This document shows positions 1-8,757 of a stretch of 34,281 nt of DNA, piece by piece. The notes under the pieces are model-generated. The model saw only the letters and a program-made list of their open reading frames with translations, searched no databases and had not been told where the DNA came from. Source of the stretch: a virus. Lineage: Duplodnaviria > Heunggongvirae > Uroviricota > Caudoviricetes. Every line of letters starts with the position of its first letter. Position 1 is the stretch's first letter. The DNA lies in the IMG/VR virus record IMGVR_UViG_2703718815_000004. One strand, written 5' to 3'. A program made the translations under genes and the position numbers.

Positions 1-123
1 CACATCAGCAACTGTGCGCATCACCACTTCTGACGTGTTTACCCGGGATTTCAGAATTATGTGGCATCCGGACATGGGGATGCCTGCGCCATCAATCAGC
101 GCACCTGATATCACTACAGACAT
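1..123 (-). CDS. Start of an ORF that runs off the left edge of the window (N-terminus MSVVISGALIDGAGIP...); unknown phage protein downstream of tfa
   Basis: ATG at 123..121 on the minus strand, open to the window edge; only a weak GAGA upstream. Not in the ORF track because it is truncated. Confidence 0.25.
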   Translation of the reverse strand, partial: MSVVISGALIDGAGIPMSGCHIILKSRVNTSEVVMRTVADV

Positions 124-146
124 AGTTTTTCTCGCAATAAATTAAA

Positions 147-695
147 TCAGGAAGAGGCTTCCGGAGAGACGGGCCATTCAATGGCGTTATATGAGGCTTT
201 ATCAGTGATGGGGCTGAAATCCATCGTCTGCAGCGATTTCGCGTAAATGCGGTACGCTTTCAGTTTTTCCCTGTCTTCGTCGCTGATTAATCCCAGCAGC
301 AGGTCTTTTTCCCATTCGCTGGTCATGATGCTGACCTGTTTTAACAGTGCATCACGCTCATCTTCCGCTTTAAGTTTGTAGTCGAAAACAAATTCATCAT
401 TGCGGTAAAACCAGTAACCCGGTGCGGTAATGCGGCGGTTAGCGGTAATATCCGGCAACTCAATCACGCTTTTATTTTCCGGGCAGATTGATGTGATGTC
501 TTTTCCAACCCAGACCACTTCGCCAGTTTCGACATAAATAACTTTCAGAGTATCTGGCTGAAATTTTTCCTGGGCTTCATGCCATTCCTGACCATCATCG
601 GAGAACAGCCACAATAAAAATTTATGCTGTCGCGCCAGCTGGTATTGCTCAATTGTTTTAGGATTTTGTGCCGTAATATTTTTTAAGTGCATCAT
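147..695 (-). CDS. tfa: Tail fibre assembly protein (Tfa-type chaperone)
   Basis: 182 aa ORF immediately downstream of the tail fibre gene (3-nt gap). C-terminal region (SEWEKDLL...YNAIEWPVSPE) resembles the conserved C-terminus of lambda Tfa-family proteins. Confidence 0.8.
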   Translation of the reverse strand: MMHLKNITAQNPKTIEQYQLARQHKFLLWLFSDDGQEWHEAQEKFQPDTLKVIYVETGEVVWVGKDITSICPENKSVIELPDITANRRITAPGYWFYRNDEFVFDYKLKAEDERDALLKQVSIMTSEWEKDLLLGLISDEDREKLKAYRIYAKSLQTMDFSPITDKASYNAIEWPVSPEASS

Positions 696-697
696 AA

Positions 698-2041
698 TTA
701 CAAACTCGCTACATTCCGCCAGACGCCATTAATTAAAACCTGCACCGGGCGGGCATTCGCCCAGTCCACTTTTTCACCACCATCAACACCACTCAGCAAG
801 TGACCTGATGGTGCATTCCCGCCGCGTCCAATACCAATGGCGCTTCCCAAACGCACATCCTGCACGCCGCCTGTTTTGGTCTGGTAGCGTTCATCGAAAT
901 TGCCATAATCAGTTGGTGTTACCCGCCCTGAAACATTCACTGCCCGGTTACTTTGTAACGCGCCATTCTGAAAACGGAATACGTGCTGACCATTGGCATA
1001 AACATCCAGCAGGCCGTCACCATTCTGTTTCAGGCCGGTATCGTTATCCCCGAAAGCAATTGAGTTTCCGCCCAGCGCGTTCTGAACACCGATACCCAGC
1101 GCACCATTGACCTGAGAACCGCCGCCAACAGACACTTTATGCGACATGGATATTTCACCCGTCCGCAGATTAATAGTGAACGGACGCAGTGGGCCAATAT
1201 CGCCATTCTCGCCCTGACCTTCACTGGTAGGGATAAGGTGCAGGCACTCTTCCGAACGACGAAAAATCAGACCAAAGGCTTCGTTGAAAATCCTCAGCGC
1301 ATTAACACCACGGATTTTCAGTTCCCCGGTCATCAAATCACCAGATTTTTTTACATATCGCAGATCAAAATCTGAATAGATATTGCCAGGGTTTATCACG
1401 CTGAAATAGCTTTTCTCGCTATCAAGAAGACAAATTAAGGGAATGCCTTTAATGATATCGTTCGCTACCAGCTCGGACTTGTTCCCCTTATAAAGCGGGA
1501 ACGTACCAAGAACCTTTCCGCCCAGTGTTAATTGAAGTGTCGCGGCATTGGTATTGTTCTGAACGGGGAAAACGATAATCGGGGTTCGTAGCGTCCAGTC
1601 TGTACCTCCATTAACAAAAAACGTCGCGGGAAGCTCCAGAGTCAGCGCGTTTGCAGTGCCGCCAGCAACTCCCGCAATATAATGACCACTCTGAAGCTGC
1701 GCTATCTGTACGAAATGGTTTTCCGAACCACGCGTGGCAAAGTTAGCCACAACGTCATTAAGGGACCAACCTTTCGCGGTTGTTCCTTCCTGCCCACGAA
1801 TGACTTTCAACACATCACCGCTTACCGATACCAGGTGACAAATCTCAAATGCAGACTCTTTATTATCGGTAAGCGTAATTTTTGCATAGACACGTTGCCC
1901 GTTCGATTTATTTTCAAAATCGGCAGAAAGCAATTTTGCAAATTTGGCCCCTGTACCGGGCATTACCGGAATATCAGTCTGAATCGTGGTGATATCACCA
2001 GCCAGTGCTGAAACAACGTTATTGCCAAATCCAAGAATCAT
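698..2041 (-). CDS. Tail fibre protein
   Basis: 447 aa, Gly/Asn/Thr-rich repetitive beta-type sequence. Sits between a baseplate-type gene and tfa; its start overlaps the upstream stop (ATGA). Confidence 0.75.
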   Translation of the reverse strand: MILGFGNNVVSALAGDITTIQTDIPVMPGTGAKFAKLLSADFENKSNGQRVYAKITLTDNKESAFEICHLVSVSGDVLKVIRGQEGTTAKGWSLNDVVANFATRGSENHFVQIAQLQSGHYIAGVAGGTANALTLELPATFFVNGGTDWTLRTPIIVFPVQNNTNAATLQLTLGGKVLGTFPLYKGNKSELVANDIIKGIPLICLLDSEKSYFSVINPGNIYSDFDLRYVKKSGDLMTGELKIRGVNALRIFNEAFGLIFRRSEECLHLIPTSEGQGENGDIGPLRPFTINLRTGEISMSHKVSVGGGSQVNGALGIGVQNALGGNSIAFGDNDTGLKQNGDGLLDVYANGQHVFRFQNGALQSNRAVNVSGRVTPTDYGNFDERYQTKTGGVQDVRLGSAIGIGRGGNAPSGHLLSGVDGGEKVDWANARPVQVLINGVWRNVASL

Positions 2042-2664
2042 TTTTGAATCACCGTTGTTGCATAGGAATAAATAAAAGGGAGTTTTACATATTTCTGGTC
2101 AATGGCATCTTTCAGAAAATAGCCTATACCATCGCCATACTCTGGTATCTGAATAGAAAAAACGCTGTCCGATACTGTCACACTCACATCAAAAGTGTGC
2201 TGCAACGGCGGGTCTATTCCGTTTTTTCCATGAATGAACCGCGCCACACGTCGCTTTAACCAGTCAATGCAGAAATGCGAACCGTCAGCCTTATAAAAAT
2301 TCCACGTTAATATTCGTTTGAAATAATCATCAGGTACATACGATGCCTGCCCCGGAACGTAATTCCGCATTGCGGCATACGGGATCGTATTGTATTCAAT
2401 GGTATCGTATGCGCCGCGTGCAATAGCCTCCTCGGAAACCTGTAGTAAAGGCCTTTCAACGCCATAAATCCCGAGTGCAATCCAGTCCAGCAATTGCCCG
2501 GTTATTGATTCCGATGTCCAGCATGGCAATGCCAGATTGTTGAGTGAATCGAGGTATTCCTGAGCAATTTCATTGTATGCATCAAAGAACGCAACAACAT
2601 TCGGATCATCTCTGTACTGCACAAATGGATAAGCAGGGAGAATTTTCTCAGTCAGATATTGCAT
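2038..2664 (-). CDS. Baseplate/tail protein (gpI / YmfQ-like position)
   Basis: ORF-track frame 2038..2772; the first ATG with any upstream purine run is at 2664 (the track start is TTG). Stop overlaps the tail fibre start. Call is by synteny (J - I - fibre - Tfa). Confidence 0.5.
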   Translation of the reverse strand: MQYLTEKILPAYPFVQYRDDPNVVAFFDAYNEIAQEYLDSLNNLALPCWTSESITGQLLDWIALGIYGVERPLLQVSEEAIARGAYDTIEYNTIPYAAMRNYVPGQASYVPDDYFKRILTWNFYKADGSHFCIDWLKRRVARFIHGKNGIDPPLQHTFDVSVTVSDSVFSIQIPEYGDGIGYFLKDAIDQKYVKLPFIYSYATTVIQK

Positions 2665-3874
2665 ACTTGTTGACCTGAACCTGTGATGCCACCGTTGAAA
2701 AATAGGAATAGGTATCGCCATAAACCAGGCTTGTGTCTTTCGCCGGAAGAACAATATGGCCGTTAATACCAATGCTCACACTGATTGTTGAGATCAACGT
2801 CGCATCAACCAGCAACCTGACGGAACTGGTAAAAATATCCTGGATACGCAGAAGATTTATCGGGTGTCCGACTTCAATTGAATTGATGTAATCAGCAACG
2901 TTTTGCTGCACAGCCATAGCAATACCCGCCGGATCAACATAATCATCAGACACCGTGTTCCAGGTGATTAGCACCATGACGTTTTGTGATGACGGGATAA
3001 CGAACGGCACCTGATAAACGTCCGGCGAAACGGTTATTGAAACCGTGCGTTTTTCCACTGCCGCACCGGATGGATTGCTTACATCGTTGGTCAGTTTCGA
3101 AATATCCGGTACAGATTTGTAAATCGCATAAGCCACATCATACGGATCACCGCCACCAACAACCGCAACCCATTTCCCCAGCGACGACTGCCGAAAAGAA
3201 ATCAGGTTTTCTCGCACACCGTTTACTGATTTGAGCATCGCTTTAAAGCAATCCGGTGTTCCCTGCACACCAAACATGCCGGACTCCATGACTTCGGCGC
3301 GGTAAGATGCCCACGTTTGCGCCTCCTGACCTGGCATCCCTGCGGTTAGGTTCGTGCATTTTACAGGCTGGTCTTTTGGTACTGATGTAATGACCTGCGT
3401 CACGGTCCCTTCCGGTACAGCCCATGAGCCTGACGTTGTGGCCACACAGTAAACTGGCTCAGTCTGCCCGCTTTCCGGTATCACAGTATCGCGGGAAACC
3501 GCATACTGGTAGTTACCGTCTCCAACCACAAATCCTTTAGGGATACCAAACCCCGGCAACGCCTCAAACACCACGTATACCGCCGTATTTGTACTTAATC
3601 CCTTCTGTGCTCCATAAATGTTTCCGAGTTGCATCAGTAACGGAATATTCGCGCCGTATGGGCTTACGGAGTTAATAAGGTCCACCCGAGCCTGATCTAT
3701 TAATGCCAGCGCCCCGACAGCCGTGCTGGCAAGGTCAGTAATAAGCCCCGCCGGAAGGTTGGCTGTATATCCAGGTACCTTCTCCGCAACTCTGGTGATA
3801 AGATTCGCGAGCAGTTCTTTGGGTGGCGTAGGCTGCGCACCCGCACTGGTCATAGTAATTGGTATTTCTGACAT
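2648..3874 (-). CDS. Baseplate J-like protein (putative)
   Basis: About 408 aa ORF directly upstream of the I-like and tail fibre genes. Size and position match baseplate J of Mu/P2-type tails. ATG at 3874 (track start 3886 is TTG). Confidence 0.5.
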   Translation of the reverse strand: MSEIPITMTSAGAQPTPPKELLANLITRVAEKVPGYTANLPAGLITDLASTAVGALALIDQARVDLINSVSPYGANIPLLMQLGNIYGAQKGLSTNTAVYVVFEALPGFGIPKGFVVGDGNYQYAVSRDTVIPESGQTEPVYCVATTSGSWAVPEGTVTQVITSVPKDQPVKCTNLTAGMPGQEAQTWASYRAEVMESGMFGVQGTPDCFKAMLKSVNGVRENLISFRQSSLGKWVAVVGGGDPYDVAYAIYKSVPDISKLTNDVSNPSGAAVEKRTVSITVSPDVYQVPFVIPSSQNVMVLITWNTVSDDYVDPAGIAMAVQQNVADYINSIEVGHPINLLRIQDIFTSSVRLLVDATLISTISVSIGINGHIVLPAKDTSLVYGDTYSYFSTVASQVQVNKYAISD

Positions 3875-3895
3875 AATTAATCTCAAGAGGATTTT

Positions 3896-4444
3896 ATGAA
3901 ATTTTACTCATTAGGGATTTTGATTAGCTCACTGCTATTTTCTGGTGTTTCTCATGCAATTGATGCCACAGAGAGAATGAATGACATTCAACAGTTCGGT
4001 AAATGGTATTATGCTGAGTTTACCATGCCTACCACTATGGCTTATCGTATTGGTGTTGAATCCAAATTGCCGCAGGATAAATCAACTTTATTTATTGATA
4101 TATCACCATTAACTCAATGTGAGCCCGGTGATGTAACTGTCAATCATTTTATTGGATATAAACAAATGGATTTACCACCGTTCCTTCCTGTAAGTTATAA
4201 AATCAGTGGACAACAAAAGCAGGACTCTATAACAACCCCATCTATCAATGAAGGTTACTTGTTCAGTCCTATTAGCTCATTAAAGATTAGTGATTTGTTA
4301 AAAGCTAAAGGGAAAGGCAGCTTTTCTTTTTGGTACACTCCGCCAGCTGAAAGCAAAGAAAAACCACAAAAACTATTCTTCCCATTAGATGGCCTCCCGG
4401 AAGCATATAAAGCTGCAATCAATTCCTGTAAAGAAAACATGTAA
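3896..4444 (+). CDS. Secreted protein of unknown function (moron)
   Basis: 182 aa with a clear N-terminal signal peptide (MKFYSLGILISSLLFSGVSHA). AAGAGGA Shine-Dalgarno sits 5 nt upstream. AT-rich, and on the opposite strand to the flanking tail genes. Confidence 0.65.
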   Translation: MKFYSLGILISSLLFSGVSHAIDATERMNDIQQFGKWYYAEFTMPTTMAYRIGVESKLPQDKSTLFIDISPLTQCEPGDVTVNHFIGYKQMDLPPFLPVSYKISGQQKQDSITTPSINEGYLFSPISSLKISDLLKAKGKGSFSFWYTPPAESKEKPQKLFFPLDGLPEAYKAAINSCKENM

Positions 4445-4462
4445 AATCAGGCGGTGATATTT

Positions 4463-4927
4463 ATGAAATTGAAATTTTTATCCCTACTTCTTTTTGTGAG
4501 TTTTTCTTCACACTCATCTAACATATCAAGAATAATATGTAAGCCATCTAATAGCAACGGCACCGCAACCTCCGCAATCTGGCCCCAACCTTACCTTTTA
4601 AATGATAAATTATGCTTTGATATTAGAATTGATTCTGGAAATGCATGTGTTGCCGATGGTAAAACAACAACGTGGTTTACTGAATCAGTAATTATAATGC
4701 AAAACAACGAATCATTAGGCCGTGATGATACTTGGTTTAGAGTCAATCGCCCAACAATTAATGACCTACGTATAGCATATACTGTCGAGGCATCTAGGGA
4801 TAAAGTTAATTGGATTCCTCAATCTCACGTAACTATTAATCGGATTTCTGGAGAAGCTATTGATTGGGCGATTTTTGAACACGGCGGAACGTCTTACCAG
4901 TGCCATCTTGAGGGCAAAAAGATATGA
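4463..4927 (+). CDS. Secreted protein of unknown function (moron)
   Basis: ATG at 4463 gives MKLKFLSLLLFVSFSSHS (signal-peptide-like); 4 Cys in the mature part. Lies 19 nt after the previous gene; AT-rich. Confidence 0.6.
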   Translation: MKLKFLSLLLFVSFSSHSSNISRIICKPSNSNGTATSAIWPQPYLLNDKLCFDIRIDSGNACVADGKTTTWFTESVIIMQNNESLGRDDTWFRVNRPTINDLRIAYTVEASRDKVNWIPQSHVTINRISGEAIDWAIFEHGGTSYQCHLEGKKI

Positions 4928-5012
4928 TGCACTATCATTAAATTGACTACGGCATCCAACTCTGGCTACAATCCGAACTGAGGCGTCGAAACCTCTTACA
5001 AGCGGTACGCAA

Positions 5013-5039
5013 CCAACCCCGTCAGTGTTGGATTTTTTA
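5013..5039 (+). terminator. Weak candidate intrinsic terminator after the plus-strand secreted-protein genes
   Basis: 5-bp stem ccaac/gttgg with a 9-nt loop, followed by ATTTTTTAT. Confidence 0.3.
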
Positions 5040-5054
5040 TGCCTATTTTTTCAG

Positions 5055-5077
5055 TGGTTGCATCATGTGCAACCACA
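5055..5077. promoter_or_regulatory. Perfect 9-bp inverted repeat (gtggttgca-N5-tgcaaccac), candidate operator
   Basis: Read directly from the sequence. Lies about 130 nt upstream of the antirepressor gene; no U-tract on either side, so not a terminator. Confidence 0.3.
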
Positions 5078-5206
5078 TCCCCGATCAATGTCGGGAGGGC
5101 GACGAATACAACACCCGAAAGGGGAATAAGTCCGCGGTACTTGTAGCCGTTTCGAACCTCCCGACACCACTTTGGTTCTTCTTCGAAAAAGATACAAGAG
5201 GTTACT

Positions 5207-5764
5207 ATGACCATCCAACTGATTCCCGTTTTCAGCGGAACTACCTCAAACGAAACTGTCCTTCTATGCAATGCACGTGATTTACACGATTTTCTTGAAG
5301 TAGGAAAAGTGTTTGCAGCCTGGATTAACGCTCGCATTGAAGAGTATGGATTCGAAGAAAATAAGGATTTTGTAGTTTTTTCCAATTCTGGAAAAAATAG
5401 CGTAGGCCGCCGCCGCAAGGACTACCACCTCACCCTGGACACCGCCAAAGAGCTGGCTATGGTCGAACGCAACGAAAAAGGCCGCCAGATCCGCCGATAC
5501 TTCATCGAGTGCGAGAAGAAACTACGCGAAGAAACTACCAGCACACAACCCCCTCTGAATGTTGACATCATCATGCGCGTCAGAAACGGATCGGTTACCC
5601 ACATTGAGCACCACAAATCAGGCTCAGTTATAACCACAGAATGGGCAATTCACTTACTACGCAAAAGTGGATGGATTGTCATGCCACGCGATGAACTTCT
5701 TAATACGCCACTGGCCCAACTGATGCCCGAAAATTTGACTCAAACCGGAACCTGCGTCCGGTAA
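5207..5764 (+). CDS. Phage antirepressor (AntA/AntB-type domain)
   Basis: 185 aa. Segments VFAAWINARIEEYGFEENKDFVVF and HLTLDTAKELAMVERNEKGRQIRRYFIECEKKL match the AntA/AntB antirepressor family pattern as I recall it. Confidence 0.7.
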   Translation: MTIQLIPVFSGTTSNETVLLCNARDLHDFLEVGKVFAAWINARIEEYGFEENKDFVVFSNSGKNSVGRRRKDYHLTLDTAKELAMVERNEKGRQIRRYFIECEKKLREETTSTQPPLNVDIIMRVRNGSVTHIEHHKSGSVITTEWAIHLLRKSGWIVMPRDELLNTPLAQLMPENLTQTGTCVR

Positions 5765-6087
5765 CTTGTTCCGTTAAAAAACACAACATCGATGTTATAG
5801 GTGGGGTTCTCTGCCCCATCTACTTTTGAAATTGCCAGCGATGCAAAATACCCGGCATACTGTTGCTGCACCATGTTCACATAGTAGTCCGGGTAAATCT
5901 GCTGCACGATACACTGCTGCGCTGGAATGCCGTAATTCGCGTAAAACGGCGACTCCCCCAACCCCAGCTTTAACGTCTGAATGAGCGTCGTCAGCCAGCC
6001 GTAGGAGAAATCACCGTTGCCGTCAGATTCTACTGCAACCCATTTTTTGTTGCCGTTCGCGTCGGTGACGCGGCCCCATGTTCTCAT
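5740..6087 (-). CDS. Hypothetical protein; possible baseplate wedge (W/gp25-like) by position only
   Basis: 115 aa ORF. Size and position between the spike-like gene and the J-like gene fit a W-type protein; no motif confirmed. Confidence 0.4.
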   Translation of the reverse strand: MRTWGRVTDANGNKKWVAVESDGNGDFSYGWLTTLIQTLKLGLGESPFYANYGIPAQQCIVQQIYPDYYVNMVQQQYAGYFASLAISKVDGAENPTYNIDVVFFNGTSYRTQVPV

Positions 6088-6090
6088 GCG

Positions 6091-6255
6091 TCAACCTTTC
6101 AAGTAAATTAGGGTTCCGGTAACCAGAGCGGTGCAAATGATCCACGCTACTGGAGTCAGAATATGCCGAATACCCCGACATACTGCGATTATTCTCGCAG
6201 CCTTATCAGCCCCTTGTGGGGTTGTCTCAGCCTTAAGAATCAGTTCGCTATCCAT
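6091..6255 (-). CDS. Small membrane protein (54 aa), hypothetical
   Basis: Own translation: MDSELILKAETTPQGADKAARIIAVCRGIRHILTPVAWIICTALVTGTLIYLKG, with a C-terminal hydrophobic helix. Start overlaps the upstream stop (ATGGATAG); ends 4 nt before the next ORF. Below the ORF-track size cutoff. Confidence 0.3.
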   Translation of the reverse strand: MDSELILKAETTPQGADKAARIIAVCRGIRHILTPVAWIICTALVTGTLIYLKG

Positions 6256-6442
6256 TTAGAACCTTTATGATCTCTGCGATTCCCGGAAGAGATTTAGCAA
6301 CAGCAAACCCTCCGATAACTATAAGAACTGCATAAAACATTCTTCTCAGAACCGGACTTCTTTCGAGCAATTTTAGAGCTTCCACAATCCAGTCTCCTCC
6401 GCTAAAATTAATCACGGAAGACCTCCAAACATACGTAATCAT
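6248..6442 (-). CDS. Small membrane protein (64 aa), hypothetical
   Basis: ATG at 6442 (track start 6457 is TTG). Hydrophobic segment MFYAVLIVIGGFAVA. Confidence 0.35.
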   Translation of the reverse strand: MITYVWRSSVINFSGGDWIVEALKLLERSPVLRRMFYAVLIVIGGFAVAKSLPGIAEIIKVLNG

Positions 6443-6472
6443 CCCTTGCTTATTCAAGGTCAGAAACAGAAA

Positions 6473-6510
6473 ACCCCGACTGGGCCAACAGTCGGGGTTT
6501 TCGTTTTATC
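6473..6510. terminator. Intrinsic terminator hairpin (10-bp stem accccgactg/cagtcggggt, 6-nt loop)
   Basis: T-rich on both sides (plus: TTTCGTTTTA; minus: TTTCTGTTTCT), so potentially bidirectional. Confidence 0.5.
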
Positions 6511-6689
6511 TGGTTTAAATCAGGCTTATCAGTTTCCACGCAAGCATAATCACGCAGATACTGGCAACAACATGCCAAAGGATTCGACAGATATCTTTGG
6601 GGGTTACATTAACGATCTCCATCGCAACTCCTAGTATTCTGAGTTTCAATTTACTATTCTTGATCTGCACAAAATCGACACCCGTTTCG

Positions 6690-6730
6690 ATTCATACAAA
6701 AAGCCCCGACTGCTGCAACAGTTCGGGGCT
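6690..6730 (-). terminator. Intrinsic terminator downstream of the baseplate-spike-like gene
   Basis: Stem agccccga(c)tg / cagttcggggct with one bulge, followed on the minus strand by TTTTTGTAT. Near-copy of the hairpin at 6473-6510. Confidence 0.55.
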
Positions 6731-6770
6731 TTCGCTTTATGGATAGAATTTAAAGTGAAATGAACCGGTA

Positions 6771-7484
6771 TTAACCAAGATTTGGTTTCTTCGACGTGAT
6801 CGTACTGCCACCGCTTTGAACGCCAGTCACATCGTGGCTGTGGCCGCTGACGCTCACGCCGTTGATAACTGCATCCATCTCGACATTAAGAGGACCAATC
6901 AGCGAAGCGGTTGTATCCTTCATCTGGGCTTTGTCCTGGACGATCGGTCCGTTGAGGTGAATTTTCCCGTTCAGGAAAATATCTTCAGCCTCGAGGTAAA
7001 CAGCTTTCGACTTTTGCCTGATTTCTTCCGGAGCCACCGTTACCGAGCTACTGCCGTCCTCTGTTTTGAGGATCGCGCCATCCGGACCGTACAAAACGAT
7101 TTTTTGCGGATCTTCGTCGGACCAGTCCTTGTTTGCCAGTGGCACGAAAAACAGGGGAGTGAGCGACATCGAGTATGAAAGCGTTGCCATACCGGTTCCC
7201 AATCCGGACACACCGCGCAGTGATACATCAGCGGCAATTGTTACTCCTCGATCGCCCGGCTGTATCGGGTAACGAATATACGGGAATGTGGCGACAGGGA
7301 TTGTTATCTGCGGAAAGTTGATCCCCTCTGGCAACATATCAAACTGAACGGTCACTATCTGCCCACTGACATCGACAACATGGCAGGGCAATTCGCGTCC
7401 TTTAAGCTCGGCTTGCTGGTTGCCAGAACTGGTCATCATCTCCGACAGCGTTCGGAGAAACGGTAATTTTTGAGCGTTTGACAT
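6771..7484 (-). CDS. Baseplate spike/V-like protein (putative)
   Basis: 237 aa; position after the hub-like gene; C-terminal Gly/Ser/His-rich tip (GVSVSGHSHDVTGVQSGG). Confidence 0.5.
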   Translation of the reverse strand: MSNAQKLPFLRTLSEMMTSSGNQQAELKGRELPCHVVDVSGQIVTVQFDMLPEGINFPQITIPVATFPYIRYPIQPGDRGVTIAADVSLRGVSGLGTGMATLSYSMSLTPLFFVPLANKDWSDEDPQKIVLYGPDGAILKTEDGSSSVTVAPEEIRQKSKAVYLEAEDIFLNGKIHLNGPIVQDKAQMKDTTASLIGPLNVEMDAVINGVSVSGHSHDVTGVQSGGSTITSKKPNLG

Positions 7485-8491
7485 TACACCCTCGCCCAGT
7501 TCTCAGCATATGCCTCAAATACCGTCACCCAGGCATCGCCATCAGCTGTCAGATACGAACCAATGTGTCTGACCGATTTCACAAGAAATTTCCCGGTGAA
7601 CGTGGTCGAATTTTTTGCGATAACGCTGGGTGCCGTTGTATTAGCCATCACAATCGACGCAGCGCCAGAATATAGCCCCTCCGGCAGTTTAACCACATCA
7701 CCACATCTGATATCGCCTCTCATAGGACATTTGAAACTGACGGTAAACGGTGCTATCCATGTCGGCTGCCCGACCAGTTCATGGGCATGAATTGTTTTTG
7801 GCTCACCCCACTTTGCTGACGCGTTATCGTAAATTCGTATTCTGTCGGAAAGAATACTGATGGCGATTCCGCTATACCTTTCATTACGCATCATCGCAAT
7901 AGAGGCGTTTTTTACGACCATAGCCAGAGAACCAATCTCCGTATATTTTCCCGTCCACGGCTCTGGCAAAACCAGGTTGTCGCTGACTGTGCAATCAATC
8001 AATTTATTGGGATATGCTTTTTGCAAAGCGCGGACTAAAACATCGCCTACCCTTTCCCCTGCTTCCCCCTGCCCCTCAATTGAAAAAGGTTTACCGTCAT
8101 CGGTTTTGCGTATGCTTGGATTTATTACCAGGTTCAAAGTCTGGTTCGTACCGATCCAGTTGGCATAGGCCAGATAAATTTCACCATAGATTACCTCCCC
8201 CTGTTGATCCTTATTTGCCAGTGGTAATCCCTGAACAAAGCCTGCTTTCATACGGACCAGACAACCCTGCAAACTCACGCTTTGCTTCAGCATGTCAATT
8301 GGTAATCCATAGATCGTCAGCATCGTACCCGAACAGACTACATCCAAACCAGTTACTTCAAAGTCAAATTCGACATGCAATCCACATCCTGGTGTTTCAC
8401 TGGTATCAAAAGGTCCAATGGGTTTTCCATTGCTATCCACAGGCGGCTTGCCTGTTTTAGGATTAATAATTTCCAGTCGGTAATAACGCAT
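7484..8491 (-). CDS. Tail/baseplate structural protein (hub-like position)
   Basis: 335 aa ORF; translationally coupled to neighbours on both sides; called by synteny. Confidence 0.5.
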   Translation of the reverse strand: MRYYRLEIINPKTGKPPVDSNGKPIGPFDTSETPGCGLHVEFDFEVTGLDVVCSGTMLTIYGLPIDMLKQSVSLQGCLVRMKAGFVQGLPLANKDQQGEVIYGEIYLAYANWIGTNQTLNLVINPSIRKTDDGKPFSIEGQGEAGERVGDVLVRALQKAYPNKLIDCTVSDNLVLPEPWTGKYTEIGSLAMVVKNASIAMMRNERYSGIAISILSDRIRIYDNASAKWGEPKTIHAHELVGQPTWIAPFTVSFKCPMRGDIRCGDVVKLPEGLYSGAASIVMANTTAPSVIAKNSTTFTGKFLVKSVRHIGSYLTADGDAWVTVFEAYAENWARV

Positions 8492-8757
8492 TACGAAACC
8501 TCAAACTGATTCGTACTTTCGCGAAAAACAAGTTTCCCCGGTGAACAAGGCAGCGCCAGATTGATGTCGTAATTGTCAGGTGACGCGATCAACGGCATGT
8601 ACACAATCACGTCGCCAGAACTGTCTTTCAGTTCCAGGTAGTAACGATTTGCATACAGATTAAACGGAACGCGGGCGAATGTTTCATATTCTCCAATTCT
8701 GGCCGTGAACTGAAACGGACCTCGCCCGTCCGGTTTGAAAGGAATTAACGTTGTCAT
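8491..8757 (-). CDS. Small tail protein, hypothetical
   Basis: 88 aa ORF with overlapping stop/start coupling to both flanking tail genes. Confidence 0.5.
   Translation of the reverse strand: MTTLIPFKPDGRGPFQFTARIGEYETFARVPFNLYANRYYLELKDSSGDVIVYMPLIASPDNYDINLALPCSPGKLVFRESTNQFEVS

Noticed and set aside
808-2011. Plus-strand ORFs (808-1110, 1139-1375, 1682-2011) and minus-strand 1030-1224 inside the tail fibre gene
   Set aside because: They lie entirely antisense to, or out of frame within, a well-supported long minus-strand gene; no RBS or motif; typical shadow ORFs.
5055-5077. The 9-bp inverted repeat as an intrinsic terminator
   Set aside because: No U-tract follows the stem on either strand; more consistent with a protein-binding operator.
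6446-6634. Plus-strand 62 aa ORF spanning the first hairpin
   Set aside because: Runs through the terminator hairpin, has no RBS, and is antisense to the more plausible 35-codon minus-strand ORF.
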